Positions 28,881-43,919 of a DNA stretch of 64,000 nt are shown here, in pieces. The stretch is taken from NCBI RefSeq assembly GCF_009914755.1, contig NC_060926.1; one strand, written 5' to 3'. A program made the translations under genes and the position numbers. Origin of the DNA: the human T2T-CHM13v2.0 reference genome, Homo sapiens. Every line of letters starts with the position of its first letter. Positions within the stretch are counted from its first letter, which is position 1. Under the pieces are notes generated by a model. It did no database searches, was not told the origin of the DNA, and worked only from the letters and a program-made list of their open reading frames with translations.

Positions 28881-29099
28881 AGAGATATAGGGTGAAGTCA
28901 GCTATGCCCAAACTACAGGGAGAGGAACCGGAAGTGTTTCCTCCATAAAACATTAGGACAAGAGGGACTGGAGCTCATCAAACAAAATAGGTAAGTTCCT
29001 TCACACCTATGAAAGAGAGCAGAGGGAATGCTGTGCCAAAGACTCAAAATATGTGAATTGAGGAAAACAAACATATTAATCTTCCCAAAATTAATATTT

Positions 29100-30071
29100 A
29101 ATTAGGAAAAACAAGATATCTATACTAAATTTTCTTAAACCTTGCTCCATAACTTTAAAATTCACTTGGGAAGAATAAACATACTCTCTAAAATAATCAA
29201 GCAAAATTTTTTAAGACTAATAATTTGGCTTTGCTTTACAGATGTTAAAATAATGTATGAATTAACAACAATGAAAACATTGCAGTGTTGACATAGGAAT
29301 AGACAGACATATAAAAGAGAATGAAAAGTATTCAGATGGAACCAAAGAAACCGAACAAAGTTTATAATTTAGTGAATAACATTAGACAATGTTAATTTTT
29401 TAAATTTTGTCAAATGAACTATGGTTGAATTAGATGTTAACACTAACAGAAACTGGATAAGGGATATAATAAGAACTCTCCATGCTACTTTTGTAACTTT
29501 TCTATGCATCTAAAATAACTCCAAAATAGAAAGTTTCTCTTAAGATTTGATGGTATGATAAAAATTACACTTCATGTCAGTTAGATCCCAACTCATAATT
29601 TACTACAGGCAGATTATAAACTTTTTAATAAAAATGAAACAAAAAATGTTCCAGTAGTAAATATGGGTTAATGCCATAAAGGAAACATAAATAGAATTTC
29701 TGTAAACCTTAAAATACATGTATGCTTTTTAAGAAAATACTATAAAAAGACAAAGTATAAACTGTGAAACATGATTTCAGTATATATGAGAATAATTAAT
29801 GATAACTTTAGCAGACAAATTCTTCTCCCAAATTAAAGAAAAGATGAACTCCACAAGGGGAAAAAAAGACTAAGAATATAAACAGTAAATGTTCTAGAGA
29901 AAAAATGTAAGTAGCTAATTTTGCACACAAAAATATGCCAGTTTCCAACATATCAGAGAAACGAATGTAGTTAAAAATTTTTTTAACTATAATATTAGCA
30001 CGATTTAAAAGTATAATACTAGTTAATGTTTGGAAAAGGTTTGGAGGAAAGACACTCTCATATACCAGTAG
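29100..30071 (+). mobile_element. Old L1M ORF2 and 3' fragments
   Basis: aaaattcacttgggaagaataaacat, gttgacataggaatagacagac; an L1MC/MD-like 3' end at about 29450-29540. Confidence 0.6.
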
Positions 30072-30091
30072 AAAGAATCTAAATTAGAATA

Positions 30092-30359
30092 GTGCCGCAA
30101 TAAACATACGTGTGCATGTGTCTTTATAGCAGCATGATTTATAGTCCTTTGGGTATATACCCAGTAATGGGATGGCTGGGTCAAATGGTATTTCTAGTTC
30201 TAGATCCATGAGGAATCGCCACACTGACTTCCACAATGGTTGAACTAGTTTACAGTCCCACCAACAGTGTAAAAGTGTTCCTATTTCTCCACCTCCTCTC
30301 CAGCACCTGTTGTTTCCTGACTTTTTAATGATTGCCATTCTAACTGGTGTGAGATGGTA
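30092..30359 (-). mobile_element. Inverted 5' segment of an L1PA2/3 insertion
   Basis: Minus strand encodes the ORF2p zinc-knuckle region [21 protein letters not shown]...[16 protein letters not shown]. Confidence 0.95.
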
Positions 30360-30777
30360 CCAACCCAAATGTCCAACAATGATAGACTGGATTAAGAAAA
30401 TGTGGCACATATACACCATGGAATACTATGCAGCCATAAAAAATGGTGAGTTCATGTGCTTTGTAGGGACATGGATGAAATTGGAAATCATCATTCTCAG
30501 TAAACTATCGCAAGGACAAAAAACCAAACACCACATGTTCTCACTCATAGATGGGAATTGAACAATGAGAACACATGGACGCAGGAAGGGGAACATCACA
30601 CTCTGGGGACTGTTGTGGGGTGGGGGGAGGGGGGAGGGATAGCATTAGGAGATATATACCTAATGCTAAATGACGAGTTAATGGGTGTAGCACACCAGCA
30701 TGGCACATGTATACATATGTAACTAACCTGCACATTTTGCACATGTACCCTAAAACTTAAAGTATAATAATAATAAA
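30359..30777 (+). mobile_element. Sense 3' segment of the L1PA2/3 insertion
   Basis: [29 protein letters not shown]-rich 3'UTR, poly(A); flanking repeat aaagaatctaaattagaata at 30072-30091 and 30778-30797. Confidence 0.95.
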
Positions 30778-30908
30778 AAAGAATCTAAATTAGAATATAA
30801 TGTGGCACAAAATATCCTAAATAGTACATTTAATTCACTTCCATGAATCAATTTCATTTTTGGAAAAGCTCTCATCAAAAGGAAATAATTTAAAAAGTAG
30901 GTGAAGAC

Positions 30909-31030
30909 GTATATATATATATACATATGTGTGTGTGCACGTGTGTGTGTAAACACACACATAAATGCATACATATATATACAAACGTACATATATATAT
31001 GTATATATATGCACAAACATATATCTGTAT
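30909..31030. repeat. Compound (TA)/(TG)/(CA) microsatellite
   Basis: About 120 bp of mostly alternating purine-pyrimidine sequence. Confidence 0.85.
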
Positions 31031-31189
31031 AGTTTGATAAGAGTAATGAAGGTAATTGGTTTTATCACATTGTTTACTCTGACAAATAATTATAAACAAT
31101 ATAAATGACTCAGAATTAAAGGTGGTTTTTAAAAATTTTGCTGTATCTATGAAACACCATAAATAATGATAATAAAGTAATAAATAACA

Positions 31190-31320
31190 TCTATATGGTA
31201 GGTACTATTATTAACTTCATTACCTAATTGAGGAAACTGAAGCTTAAAGACGGTAAGTTGCCCAGTGACCGAAAACTTGTAAATGACGGAGCTGGACTAG
31301 AACTCAGATGGTCTTTTAGA
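31190..31320 (-). mobile_element. MIR
   Basis: gtaggtactattatt...tgaggaaactgaagctt...ttgcccagtgacc...gtaaatgacggagctgg. Confidence 0.8.
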
Positions 31321-33004
31321 TAGTCAGCTATAGAACCATGCAGTTCTAAAGTGACTCAGTTGAAAATAAGATACCAAGGGCTTACATTTTCTTTCATTTC
31401 TTTCATTTTTTCCCTAAGAGTTCATGGAACGGAAAAGTTCCATGTAACAAGAAAGCAGAGATGAGAATAAGTGTATTTTGAGGGGTACAGCTTTGATCAG
31501 ATTACAAAGACCCATGAGCCCCAAAAGGTTAAGAGCCACTGGTCTAAATGGGTAACCTCATTGTTTACCAGGCTGATCTCAATGGACCACCAGCTGATAC
31601 CCTTGTCTCTGGCCCTTCTCCTTTTCTATTCACCCCACTGTTGCCATCTGAAGCAAATATCCTCAAATAGTCCCAGATTCCCCTCGGGCTCTCCAGGACC
31701 ACATCAGAACGGTTATTTCTCTGTGGCCAGGGCTAACTGTTGTCACACAAAATATACGATGACAAAGAAAGAAAATCTTCTCTTTGAATTTGGGAAGGAA
31801 ATTAGTTGCAGTTTCGTTCTCATTTGCCATCAAGAAGTCTCATTTAGATGTTTTGTTTATACTAAAAATATTTCAAACTGACTCAGAGAGTATGAAATTT
31901 TAAAAATAAAAATGACACTATCACATATAAAGTCCATTCTCCTACAACGCATCATAAAACCTAATGCCTTTTCTGGGTTTAATACACGATGAAAGGGTAC
32001 CAAATCAGAGGTTCACAAAGGTAAAGGTCTTGCTGTAGAATGTAAATATGACAAACATGACCCAGTACAAGTAATTGATTCAAACATTCTCATTTCTATA
32101 AAAGCGGAGCTTTTGTGTACTTTCTTTAGGTTAAAACCACACTCCCTCATTTAGCTGGCATTAAACTTAAAATGAACTATAAAATAAACTATGTTCCATT
32201 CCATGAAAGCTTATTGATTAACAGGGAAATTAAATATGTTAGATATGTTGGGTGGCTTGGGGAGAGAGTTAGGAAGAGAGGGCGATGCTATTGCAACAAT
32301 TATGCAAATGTATTTTTATAAAATAATATTGTTAAGGTCATTTTGTTAAGACCCTGAATATTGTTAATTCAAAATACGTATTACATTTTAATCAAACTAC
32401 CTACTTCCCACTCTGTCCTGAGAAATTTACATTCTGACTACATTTTGAGGGCAGTTAGGATCCAACTAAGCTCTCAAATATAATAACTATCAGGAAATTG
32501 TCCTGAATTATTCATGTTAATTATGCTGAACCAAACACTGTAGATAGGAAAATGTATTTCCCACTGAAATATGTTTGCCTTAGAGAGATTTATAAATTGA
32601 TCACAGTCTCCTTTTTTTATGATAAGACCTAAGAGCCCTAGGATGGTCAGGAACGCATGTAATTAATGGAATTCCAACCAACATCATGCTTTTTCAGCAC
32701 AATCAGCATCATCTAAATCAATTCCGCATTTTCCCCTCAGTTTCATAAATAATCATAACTAAATCCCCAGTCCAAAGCAATTATCAATCATTGTAGTGCA
32801 TATCTATTTAAATTATATAGGAAAAAAATGCTCCTTAGTTGCATTTTATATTTGTACCTACTTCTTATTCCATATAATAAAGTTATAGCACATTAAACAT
32901 ATATTATTCACTCTTTAAATTTGCTCATTCACAAATTTATCTATTTATTCGTTTGTTCAGGAAGCAGTTATTGAGCAACTACTTTGTGTCAGATACTGTG
33001 CTGA

Positions 33005-34150
<1,146 letters not shown>

Positions 34151-34757
34151 ACAATGCAAATATCTACACAGTCCATCATCCAACTTGTTTAATTCTTTTC
34201 AGAGAATTAAAGACTAGGGAGAGAATCCCCTGGAATGTGGAGATGAGGCAGACACACTGATCCGTTTCTCAGACTTCCTGGTTTTAACCCCACTTTTATC
34301 ATCATTTCCAAAGGTGTCTGGTCCTTCCAAATTATGACACTTTGGGAGGTCTATTCCACCCATAGATATTCTATTGCTTGATAGCTTTCCATACTTCAAG
34401 CTTAGGATTTAATTTTGCCATGTCTGCTAAGTCATTACCAATATGCATTTGTTTTTGTTTTCTAGCTTCTGAACATTTCATTGTTGGGTTGTCTTCTCTC
34501 TCTTTGCACTTCAGAATGATGTCTTTTTAAAAATCCTTCGTCATAGTGAATATCAGAGGGGAGAGGAGTTAAATGTATGTTTGCAATCTGCCATCTCTAA
34601 CTAGAACTCCCATTCTGTTATAGCAGTTTTAAATGATGTGTGTCCTCTGCCTGAACGTTTTCTGATTTATTATCTGTTAAGAGGTTTACTTCTTCCATGG
34701 TATTATACAGAATGTAGCTCTATAACAAAAGCTTTCATTTAAAAATATAAGGAGCCA

Positions 34758-34880
34758 TGTTCTAATCTTTGCCCCACCAAGTTCTAACTTTTCACTGTGT
34801 AGCAGAGACTTTTCTAAGGATGGCAATGAATGCAAATAAGGTGATAAAGAAAATTCTTTTATGTAACTCTATAATAATAA
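34758..34880. repeat. Dispersed direct repeat, copy 1
   Basis: Ungapped match to 36428-36550, 20 mismatches in 123 bp by hand count. Confidence 0.92.
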
Positions 34881-36427
34881 ATTATGCCCAAATAACAAAA
34901 ATACAAACAAAATAGGATACTGCACACACCCTGAGAAATTCGGTAAGTTATTCACTTCCCTCCATATCACGGGGATATGTACAATGAAAATAGGTTTAGT
35001 TATATAATTGCAAGACCCTTTATTGTATCAGGTACATGGTAGACCAAAAAATATTTTTTGTTTATTGAACATATTAGTATAAAAACATATGCAGAAATTA
35101 AAACATGTAAAAATTATATGCAATTATTTAAAGAAGAGCCAGCTCGATCTACTTTGTCCCAATTGAGTCTGAACTTTTATAATATTAGTGAGTCTGACAA
35201 AACCTCTCACTTTTCTTTACAGGAAGTTCCAAAACTCAAAAAAAAAAAATCTCTCCCCAAAACAATTTTAACGTTCAAAAACAGAAGTGTCCTGATTCTC
35301 AGTTTCCCTGATGTTCCCTCTTTACATTCTCTCATCCCAAGGACTTAGATTCAGATAAGTGTTACCCTAAATAATTTAAATATTAGGAGCCGACACTCCT
35401 TCAAGACATTTCAAAGAGATAAGTCTGGCAGACTAACACACATCCAGTTCCAAAAGCCCAACTGTTTTCCCCTTCTTGCTAATCTATCAACATTTGATCA
35501 AACAAGAACGATACTTCAGCAGGGAAAATGTCAGCTAATTCATGTCCCATTTTGCTCTACAGATTCCCAACAACTCACTAGAATCCCATTATGACCATAT
35601 CCTTGAGACTGTCTGACATAAAAGCAAATTACTACCACTGTAGGAAGGAACCTGAACATAAGTACTGCCAGATTTATAGTTCTGCTGCAAACCCTGTCAT
35701 TTTGATTTAGTTGAAATTTCTGTCACTAAAACAGATTGATATTTTGAGAAATCTTAACCCAACGAACACAAGGAATACCAATTAAAATGTCAAATTCTTA
35801 TTTCTAATCTCAAAACGTATAGTTTCCACATGTTATCCGATGAATGTTTTAGACAAATCAGTTCACTTATATTTCCACCTCCAAAGTGTAATTATTTTCT
35901 TTGATATTCTGAGAATTTAGGCCACTAAAATTGACCTAAGGTCCCAGAGGAGTTCTTTATAATTATTTAGTGCACAATATTTAGACAAACTTGTGCAACT
36001 GACCCCTCTGTGAAAACAAATTTAAAAACGGGTTTAGTATTTTTAAAAAAAGAAAGAAAACTCCAATATTTGAGTTCAAAATAAGGCTAAAGGGGCAGGG
36101 GCATTACTGAGATATTTGGATATGGAGGATGTGATCTCTTGTATTTGAGGATGTGTAAGTATTTTTCTCTACTGAGGCTCCCATTGCCAATCTCTACCTC
36201 CAAAATGAAAAACGGCTAATTTGATAAAAATCCTCTGAGCTGGTAAGCCAGACAAGAAAGTTGAGATCTTTCTCAGGTGGCAGATGCATTATAAAGGTGA
36301 CCTTTTAGAGGAAGTCACTGAATTTATTACTTAGATTTGGGAAGTAGCCATGATGAGAAGATTTTACTTAGGATTATTAGTCCTATGTAAATGAGAAAGT
36401 GTCATGGAATACCAGGCCTAGGAATTC

Positions 36428-36550
36428 TGTTCTAATCTTTGCCCCACCAAGTTCTAACATTTCACTATGTAGCAGAGACTCTTCTAAGAATGATAACAGA
36501 AACAAATAACAAGATTAAGAAAATTCTCTTACATAACTATATAATGATAA
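36428..36550. repeat. Dispersed direct repeat, copy 2
   Basis: Offset exactly 1670 bp from copy 1. Confidence 0.92.
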
Positions 36551-38973
36551 TATATGTATAAATAATGAGTTAGGATAGATGGACTCTCTTGGGACCCTAG
36601 AAATCACACTATGGCAGGTGCTGTCTACTTCTCTTCATCATAGAGCCAGTTCTGATGCCCAACACCACAGGCTAAAGCAACTCAGTATAACACGGGGGCT
36701 CTACCACGAGGCCCCATTCTTACTGATCCATCCCTGAAGGTGATGAACAGTGGTGGGCCCACCAGGTATAAAGATGGTTTTCTAAACAAAACCTGATTAC
36801 TGGAGAGCAAGTTGAAGGCCAGATAACTTCAGGTTCATTGGTTACTATTCATCATTATTATTATTCACATGGAAAATGGTGGCATGATTCTACACAACTG
36901 AGCAGAAGACCAGAATAATGTTCTCAAAGGACCAGCCTGAAGCCTGGGGCGGGAGGTCTAAAGTAAGAGAATAATGAGTTTCCAGGAAGCCAGACTTTAC
37001 CCATTTTTCATCACAGAGGGGAAGAGCTTCTACAAGAGCATGCCAGTACCCTTAAGTACCAGCTTTTTTTCTCTTACATTGAAACCAAAAGATTAGACAA
37101 AATAATTGTCTGAGTACATTATTAATGAATAAATTCACTTATTTCATTGCCATAACAAACATGTATTAAACTATCACAAGTCTTCAAGCACTGAGCTGGA
37201 TACTAGGCATACAAATAAGACTAAAATATTGTCCTGTCCTGAAATATCACCATTTTGTTAGGGATATTGATACATTATATAAAGCAATACTTTTCCTTAT
37301 AATGTATAAAAATTAAAACATAATATTAATAGAAATTTTGAGTTTATTGATATAATAAATATATATAAATATAAAAATTAGGGGAAATCCCCAAATGAAT
37401 AATAGGAAATCAAAGATTACAAGATGTTTAATGCATCTGGTGGTGCTAGCTGGATTACATATTAATCCTACATGGAACACATTAAGGCAATGCTACCTGC
37501 AAATCTGGTGCATTGTTGAGCCTGTTTGTTGTTTCTTTCTTAATTTTTAATGGAATGAAAACTTACATATCCACTTTAGTCCATCTAAATATATTGTGTA
37601 TAGTAATAATAGCAATGCGTTTCAATACATTGTATTATACTCCACCGGTTCCATTCCATTATTTTCTATTCCATCGTCTTCTATTTCATTTTGTTAAATT
37701 CTGCTCATGGCACACTAAGTCAATGTAATGACCCAATAACCTGTCACAACCTCCACTGCACTAGAACTTATTACCTGCATCTTCTATTTGATAACACATC
37801 ATTCTCCTGTCGCAGGGTCTTTTATACAATTTTAAGAATCTCTGCAAATTGTGATTCATTTCACAGGAAAGGCACAAGAAGATTGGAGAGGATCAGATTT
37901 TGAGAGTTGCTTGGATCCCTCATTAAGAGTTCCTTCTAAAATTGTCCTAGCACTAAAATTCTCTAAGTGTCATGAACAGAGGTTATATTGGAGAGACTGG
38001 CAGGGGAGTAAAAATCTAAAAGCATCATCTAGGTTTTATCAACTATCAAACACAAACACACTATTGCAAATAATATCATGTCATTATGACAATTTATCTA
38101 ACCATAAATCAGCTCTGAACAGGTGCCCTGAATTCTTATTATATAACAGGTTTATCACTGAACACCTGTGCATGTACACTGTAACACAGCTATGTCCTCA
38201 GATGTCCCATTGGAATTTGGCTTCTTCTCCACATAGTAGGCTATCCTAGGCCTCCTTGCAACTCCAAAGCACTACAATACAATGTTGTCTTAATTGTTAT
38301 AATTTATTCATTTCTTAACATTCTGTGTTCCCACTGATGCTGTCCTAACTACACAGTAACTTCTTCAAGGGAAGAAATATATCTGTAATGCCTCTCCTGC
38401 TATACCTGCATTCACAGAGTAGTTGCTCAAAAAATATTTGATGGCTCATTGAGTACCATCTGAATCATGCACTCCTACCATAACCAATTTAGGTGATATA
38501 ATACAATGTAAGATGATTCAATTTCTCTTTTCCATAACCATATAATTAATGTCTCCTTTTGGATGTTTCAAAGTTATCCCAAACTTACTATTCTCAAAAT
38601 AAACTCATTATCCTCCTCTCTTGTCTTATTCCTAGTTCTATTCCTAATCTCAGAAAAGGGCTCTATTATCCACCCAACTGTATAAACCAAACAATCTGAA
38701 ACTTATTCTTGTCACCTCTCTTCCTCTCACCTTTCTTACCTAATTCATCACCAAGTACCCTCACTTAACCTCCAGAATATTTCTCAAAGTTATTCACTTT
38801 TCATCAACTCTACCAATACCACTCTGGTCCCAGCTAGTGATAATTCTTACCTTGACTGCTTTATTAAACACTCAGCTTGTTCACTTGGCTACACTTCAGT
38901 TCCTCTCTAATCTGTTCCTTATTCCATAACCAATGTTCTTGGGATAAAAGTAATGACTCCTTAACATCTGCCA

Positions 38974-39553
38974 TGTGTGGTTCTTCAACATGGCCACAAA
39001 CTCTCTGGCTATCCTTCCATCAAGAGCTGGAGTCTATATTCCCTCCCCTTGAATCTAGTTGAGCTTGTGACTGCTTCACCCAATAAAGCACAGTAGACAT
39101 GACACTACATAGCTTCCAAGACTAGACTACATAAGGTCTACAAACAAGAAGCAACCTTCTTGTTTGTAGAACATTTGCTTCTGGAATGCTAAGCTTCCAT
39201 GTCAGAAGCTGGACAACCCTAAGACTGACATGCTGGAGAGGCCACAGGTAGACATTTTGTTTGACAGTATCAGCTGAGTTATTTTTCAGCCATATACACT
39301 CGGTTGCTAGATATGGAAATGAAACCATTTTGTAAGTTGATCTTCTTGGCCCAGTTGTTTCCTCCTCTATTCATTTGAGTAATTCCAGCTGAAGCTCCAG
39401 ATCTAGTGTAGCAGAGGAGGGCCATCCTCACTGTGCTATTTCTGAATTACTGATATACAAGTATTGATATCCATAAGCACAAAATAAAATAGTTATTGAC
39501 TTGTGCCACTAAGTTATAGAATGGTTTGTTATGCTGCAATATATAGCAGAAAC
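38974..39553 (+). mobile_element. MLT1G/H-like LTR
   Basis: ccatcaagagctggagtct...ccctccccttgaatct...ttgtgactgctt; catgctggagaggccac; gccactaagtt...ggtttgttatgc. Confidence 0.82.
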
Positions 39554-39991
39554 AACCTGAAAGTTCCTATAAGGTATAGACCACATCAAACTTTCCTGCT
39601 TCATCTAGGACCATGACTCTTCATTCTCTCTGTAGACACAGTGACCACTTCTTTGGTTCTTAAACTTAGAATGCCCCCTTGCATAATAAGGTCATTGAAC
39701 ATGCTGCTATTTCTGCTTTTTTCTTTACCATTCACCTAGTTAAACTTTCACAACACTCAAATCGTGTCAAAATCATATTCTTGTAAAAACTTTCCCTGAC
39801 CTATATTGCAAGTCATATCTGAAAAGTATAGTCTTCATAAGCTTTGAACCTCCTTCTTTTAACACCTGTCAAAATTATAGTTTTATATTTGTGCATATGA
39901 TTTCTGAATTAATGTCCATTTCCCCCATTCAACCAAGCTTAACTTCGAGAATGGAAAGATCATGTTTACGTATGTGAAGGGTTGGATATTC

Positions 39992-40282
39992 GGCTGGGCG
40001 CAGTGGCTTACTCCTGTAATCCCAGGCCTTTAGGAAGCCGACGTGGGCAGATCACATGAGGCCAGGAGTTCAAGACCAGCCTGGACAATATAATGAAACC
40101 CCATCTCTACCAGAAATACAAAAATTAGCCCGGTGTGGTGGTGCACGCCTGTAATCCCAGCTACTTGGGAGGCTGAGGCGGGAGAATCACAAACCTGGGA
40201 GGTGGAGGTTGCAGTGAGCCGAGATTGCACCACTGCATTCCAGCCTGGGCGACAGAGGAGACTGTTTCAAAAAAAAAAAAAA
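39992..40282 (+). mobile_element. AluSx/Sz-like element
   Basis: Full dimer with A tail; approximate TSD ttggatatt on both sides. Confidence 0.93.
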
Positions 40283-42879
40283 AAAGATTGGATATTTATT
40301 GTTCAATATAATATGCCATGCAATGATTACAGATCTAGATCCATATTAGGTATTCAGTAAATATTTCATGAATGGGAATATTATTTATGGAAAAAATAGT
40401 TTTCCTGTGTAAAACATGTAACTATATTTAATCAGTTGTAACAGATAGTTGGAATTACAAAGTATTTTCCCTCTGGAAAGATTTCTGAGCCATAGTTGGA
40501 CTATTTCTGATTTGTACAGCCCTAAATAAGAGTTTTTAGACGACGGATAGCCAGAATTATTACTGAGTAGAGTGCGTTCTGAAACATACACATATACACA
40601 CACTTAAATTCTATTTATTCCAACGGATTTCAGAGAAAATGAAATCAAATATTCATGACACATCAAGTATTAAGTAATTTTCTGAGGAAATTATATATTT
40701 ACCAGTTCTAGGAGGAAAATTTGGAAAGGAAAAAAGAACGGGATCAAGCATATATAAAACTGCAGGGGAGAAGAGCAGCTCTTACCTTAATTTTTACATG
40801 TTTGAGTTATTGCCCCTATTTATCAGATTTACTTTTCCAATCTCTTTAGAAAGCAAACATACTAAGGTTGGAGAATAAAGGAAAATTAATGATTGCTCTT
40901 TTAAAATTTTAGTCATTTTCATCTTTTGAAAACAATTAGCTGTTTCAGATATTCAAGGAATCAAAAATAAAAATATTTATTGGCTTCTTACTTGATGGCA
41001 TCTCAAGCAGTCCTTTTAGCAGAGTCCCCCAAAGGGATTACCTTTATTTTACAGGTGACTAAGCAGTCTCAGAATAGTAAGATAGCCTGCCCATTGCAGG
41101 CCAAGCAAACAGTGCAGCTAAAAAATTTTCCAATAGCCAGTTTCTTTCTGCTCTACTATACTGGCTCCAAATCAAGGGTCAAGCAAAGAAGAACAAAGGA
41201 AGAGTATTTTCATACAATTAGGAGAAAGAGATATAGGACTTGTGCTCCAGAACTAATGTACCATTCTCTTCTTGTCTCTCTTTAACAAACTAAGTAATTT
41301 TGGGAGAAAATGAAGTTTATCATAGTATTCACATATAAAATGAACAAGATTATTGAAAGCTGGCATTTCCATGTCACCAAGTACTTCCTCAGATAAATCT
41401 AAACGGATCACCATTCTGTGAAAACAACTATTTTACAGAATGAGTCTCCTTAAATTTGAGTGCTGTTTAATGAAAAATGGCACCACCCAACACATGGACA
41501 TCAAATTGAAATCATTTACAAGTTAATTGTAACTGAAATGTAGTTACAAAGAGTAAAACAAAAACAACTCCTATAAATAAGTTACAGTTAATTAAAGAAA
41601 ATTCCCGTTTAAGCTGGCTGGTAAGTAATAATGCAGAATTTCTCAAAGTCCAATTGAAATACATAGAAAACAGACAAAGAAGAAGATGACAGTTTAGATA
41701 AAAAATACAAATAACAGTGGACTTGTTATCAGAATCCAAGAAGAATATCATTAACCTGAAGGCCAAAGGAATTAGTTGGATAACTCAGTGCCTGGCTACC
41801 TCATCAGAGAGAAAGCAAAATCAGCAATTAGAATGTACCTAGTAAGAATTTTGGTGATTCCTTCTATGTGTAAATTCTGATTCAAATACCCCAGGTATCC
41901 CACTATTCCACACTGTGTTGCTGTTCATTGTTGAGGCAAAAATCATGTCTTTTAAATCATCCATATATCTTTCTATGAACAAGTGTACAGAAAACAAGGA
42001 AGACTGAGAGTGGTAGAGTCCTCACAACACAAGTTCTTCAGGCAATAGAGAAAAAAGAAAACCCTGGCAGCACTGCAGGAGTGAAACTAAGTTTTTGTGG
42101 GTTATGTGCTTTTGTTATTGTACTTTAACAGCTAAGAGTTCCAGACGACAAGGGAGTGAGGAACAGAGATTTCATCTTGGGTCAGTAAGACTATATTGAA
42201 CAAAGGTGAAACAGACTCTGCTATTTCCTGGAAACTGGAAACTGGTGGAGAGATGGGCATACATCTAGCTGTTTTCTGGCTGTAATTCTGAGAAGAGGGT
42301 TAGAAAAACACCCAAATGCACAGAAAGAGAAGCCAAGGGCAAGCCACACAATTTCTTTTGGCCACTATAGGGTCTGGATAGCTGTTTTTCTCTCCCTGCT
42401 GGAGGCTGAATAAACAGGAAAAGTCAGCATGCAGGAAGATTACATTACAAAAGAAAGGCAAAACAATCCTGAAGATTTACAGAAGGAGTAGTTGTAAATG
42501 CGATTACAGATAATTTTAGAGAACCGTTTAATATTGTCGATAGGATGTAAGAACATACAGCCTCAATGATATAGGAACAAAAAAGTAAAAAAGAAAAAAA
42601 GGATTAAAACAAAAACAGAAAAAAAAGAAAACTGGTAAAGATTTTTACATATTTGTTGACCATTTAGATTCCTCTTACTGTAAATTATCACACCAAAATA
42701 CCTTTCAACTTTTTCTATACAGAGATTTTAATTTTTTTATTATTAATATTCATTTATTTCTTCCTTGTCTTTATTTTAATTTAACATTAATATAAAGTAT
42801 GAACAGCATTAAATGGCAATATATTATAAGCCTATTAATAAACAAAACCACTGCTAATATTTTGAATCTATCCTTCAGA

Positions 42880-43095
42880 GGCAGCATAGAGATAAGGTTT
42901 AGAAGCCAGTACTGGTGAGGCAGATTTTAATTGTTCAATCTTTGGCAAGTTACTGAACTGTGAGACATTTGTTTTGTTACTTGAATAAAAAGTACAGCAA
43001 TAGAATCCAATTCAAAAAGTATTACATGGGATAAGTATTAAATGAGACAATGCATTTAAACATTCTCTGGAAGACAGTAAATTTGAATAACAGTG
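42880..43095 (+). mobile_element. MIR
   Basis: gaggcagcatag...ctttggcaagttactgaac...attaaatgagacaatgcatttaaa. Confidence 0.65.
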
Positions 43096-43154
43096 ACTAT
43101 TACATCAATCCAATGTTTCCTACATAAATATGTATACTTTTTATCAAGTTACTC

Positions 43155-43485
43155 CTTTGTTTTGTTTTGTTTTGCTTTGTTCTGTTTTGTTTTGTTTTGT
43201 TTTTGTGAGTCTGAGTCTCTCGCTGTCGCCCGGGCTGGAGTACAACGGTGCAATCTCAGCTCACCGCATCCTCTGCCTCCCTGTTCAAGCGATTCTCCTG
43301 TCTCAGCCTCCCGAGTAGCTGGGATTACAGGCGCCAGCCACCACACCTGGCTAATTTTTGTATTTTTAGTGGAGACGGGGTTTCACTATGTTGGCCAGGC
43401 TGGTCTCGTGCCTCTGACCTCATGATCCGCCCGACTTGGCCACCCAAAGTGCTGGGAGTAAAAGCGTGAGCCACCACGCCTGGCC
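43155..43485 (-). mobile_element. AluS (Sg-type) with a (CAAAA)n tail
   Basis: TSD tatcaagttactc at 43142-43154 and 43486-43498; tail is a tttgt pentamer array. Confidence 0.93.
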
Positions 43486-43522
43486 TATCAAGTTACTCTT
43501 ACTTAAATATTCTTCTGTTTAA

Positions 43523-43919
<397 letters not shown>

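Larger units (their letters stand above)
38540..40380 (+). mobile_element. L2 interrupted by an MLT1 LTR and an Alu
   Basis: aaactcattatcctcc, cacccaactg...aaaccaaacaatctg, taccactctggtcccagc; 3' end aggtattcagtaaatattt. Confidence 0.75.

Noticed and set aside
28988-28996. Isolated donor-like AG|GTAAGT sites (also near 34942 and 51332)
   Set aside because: No convincing upstream acceptor at exon distance
30605-30639. G-quadruplex-forming tract
   Set aside because: Standard feature of the L1PA 3'UTR
32290-32310. AACAAT next to the octamer ATGCAAAT, a possible SOX-OCT element
   Set aside because: SOX half-site is reversed relative to the canonical composite, and octamers recur often in this AT-rich window
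36590-37060. GC-richer block that may be an old LTR or an enhancer
   Set aside because: Could not match it to any family or find termini or a TSD by eye; needs a Dfam search
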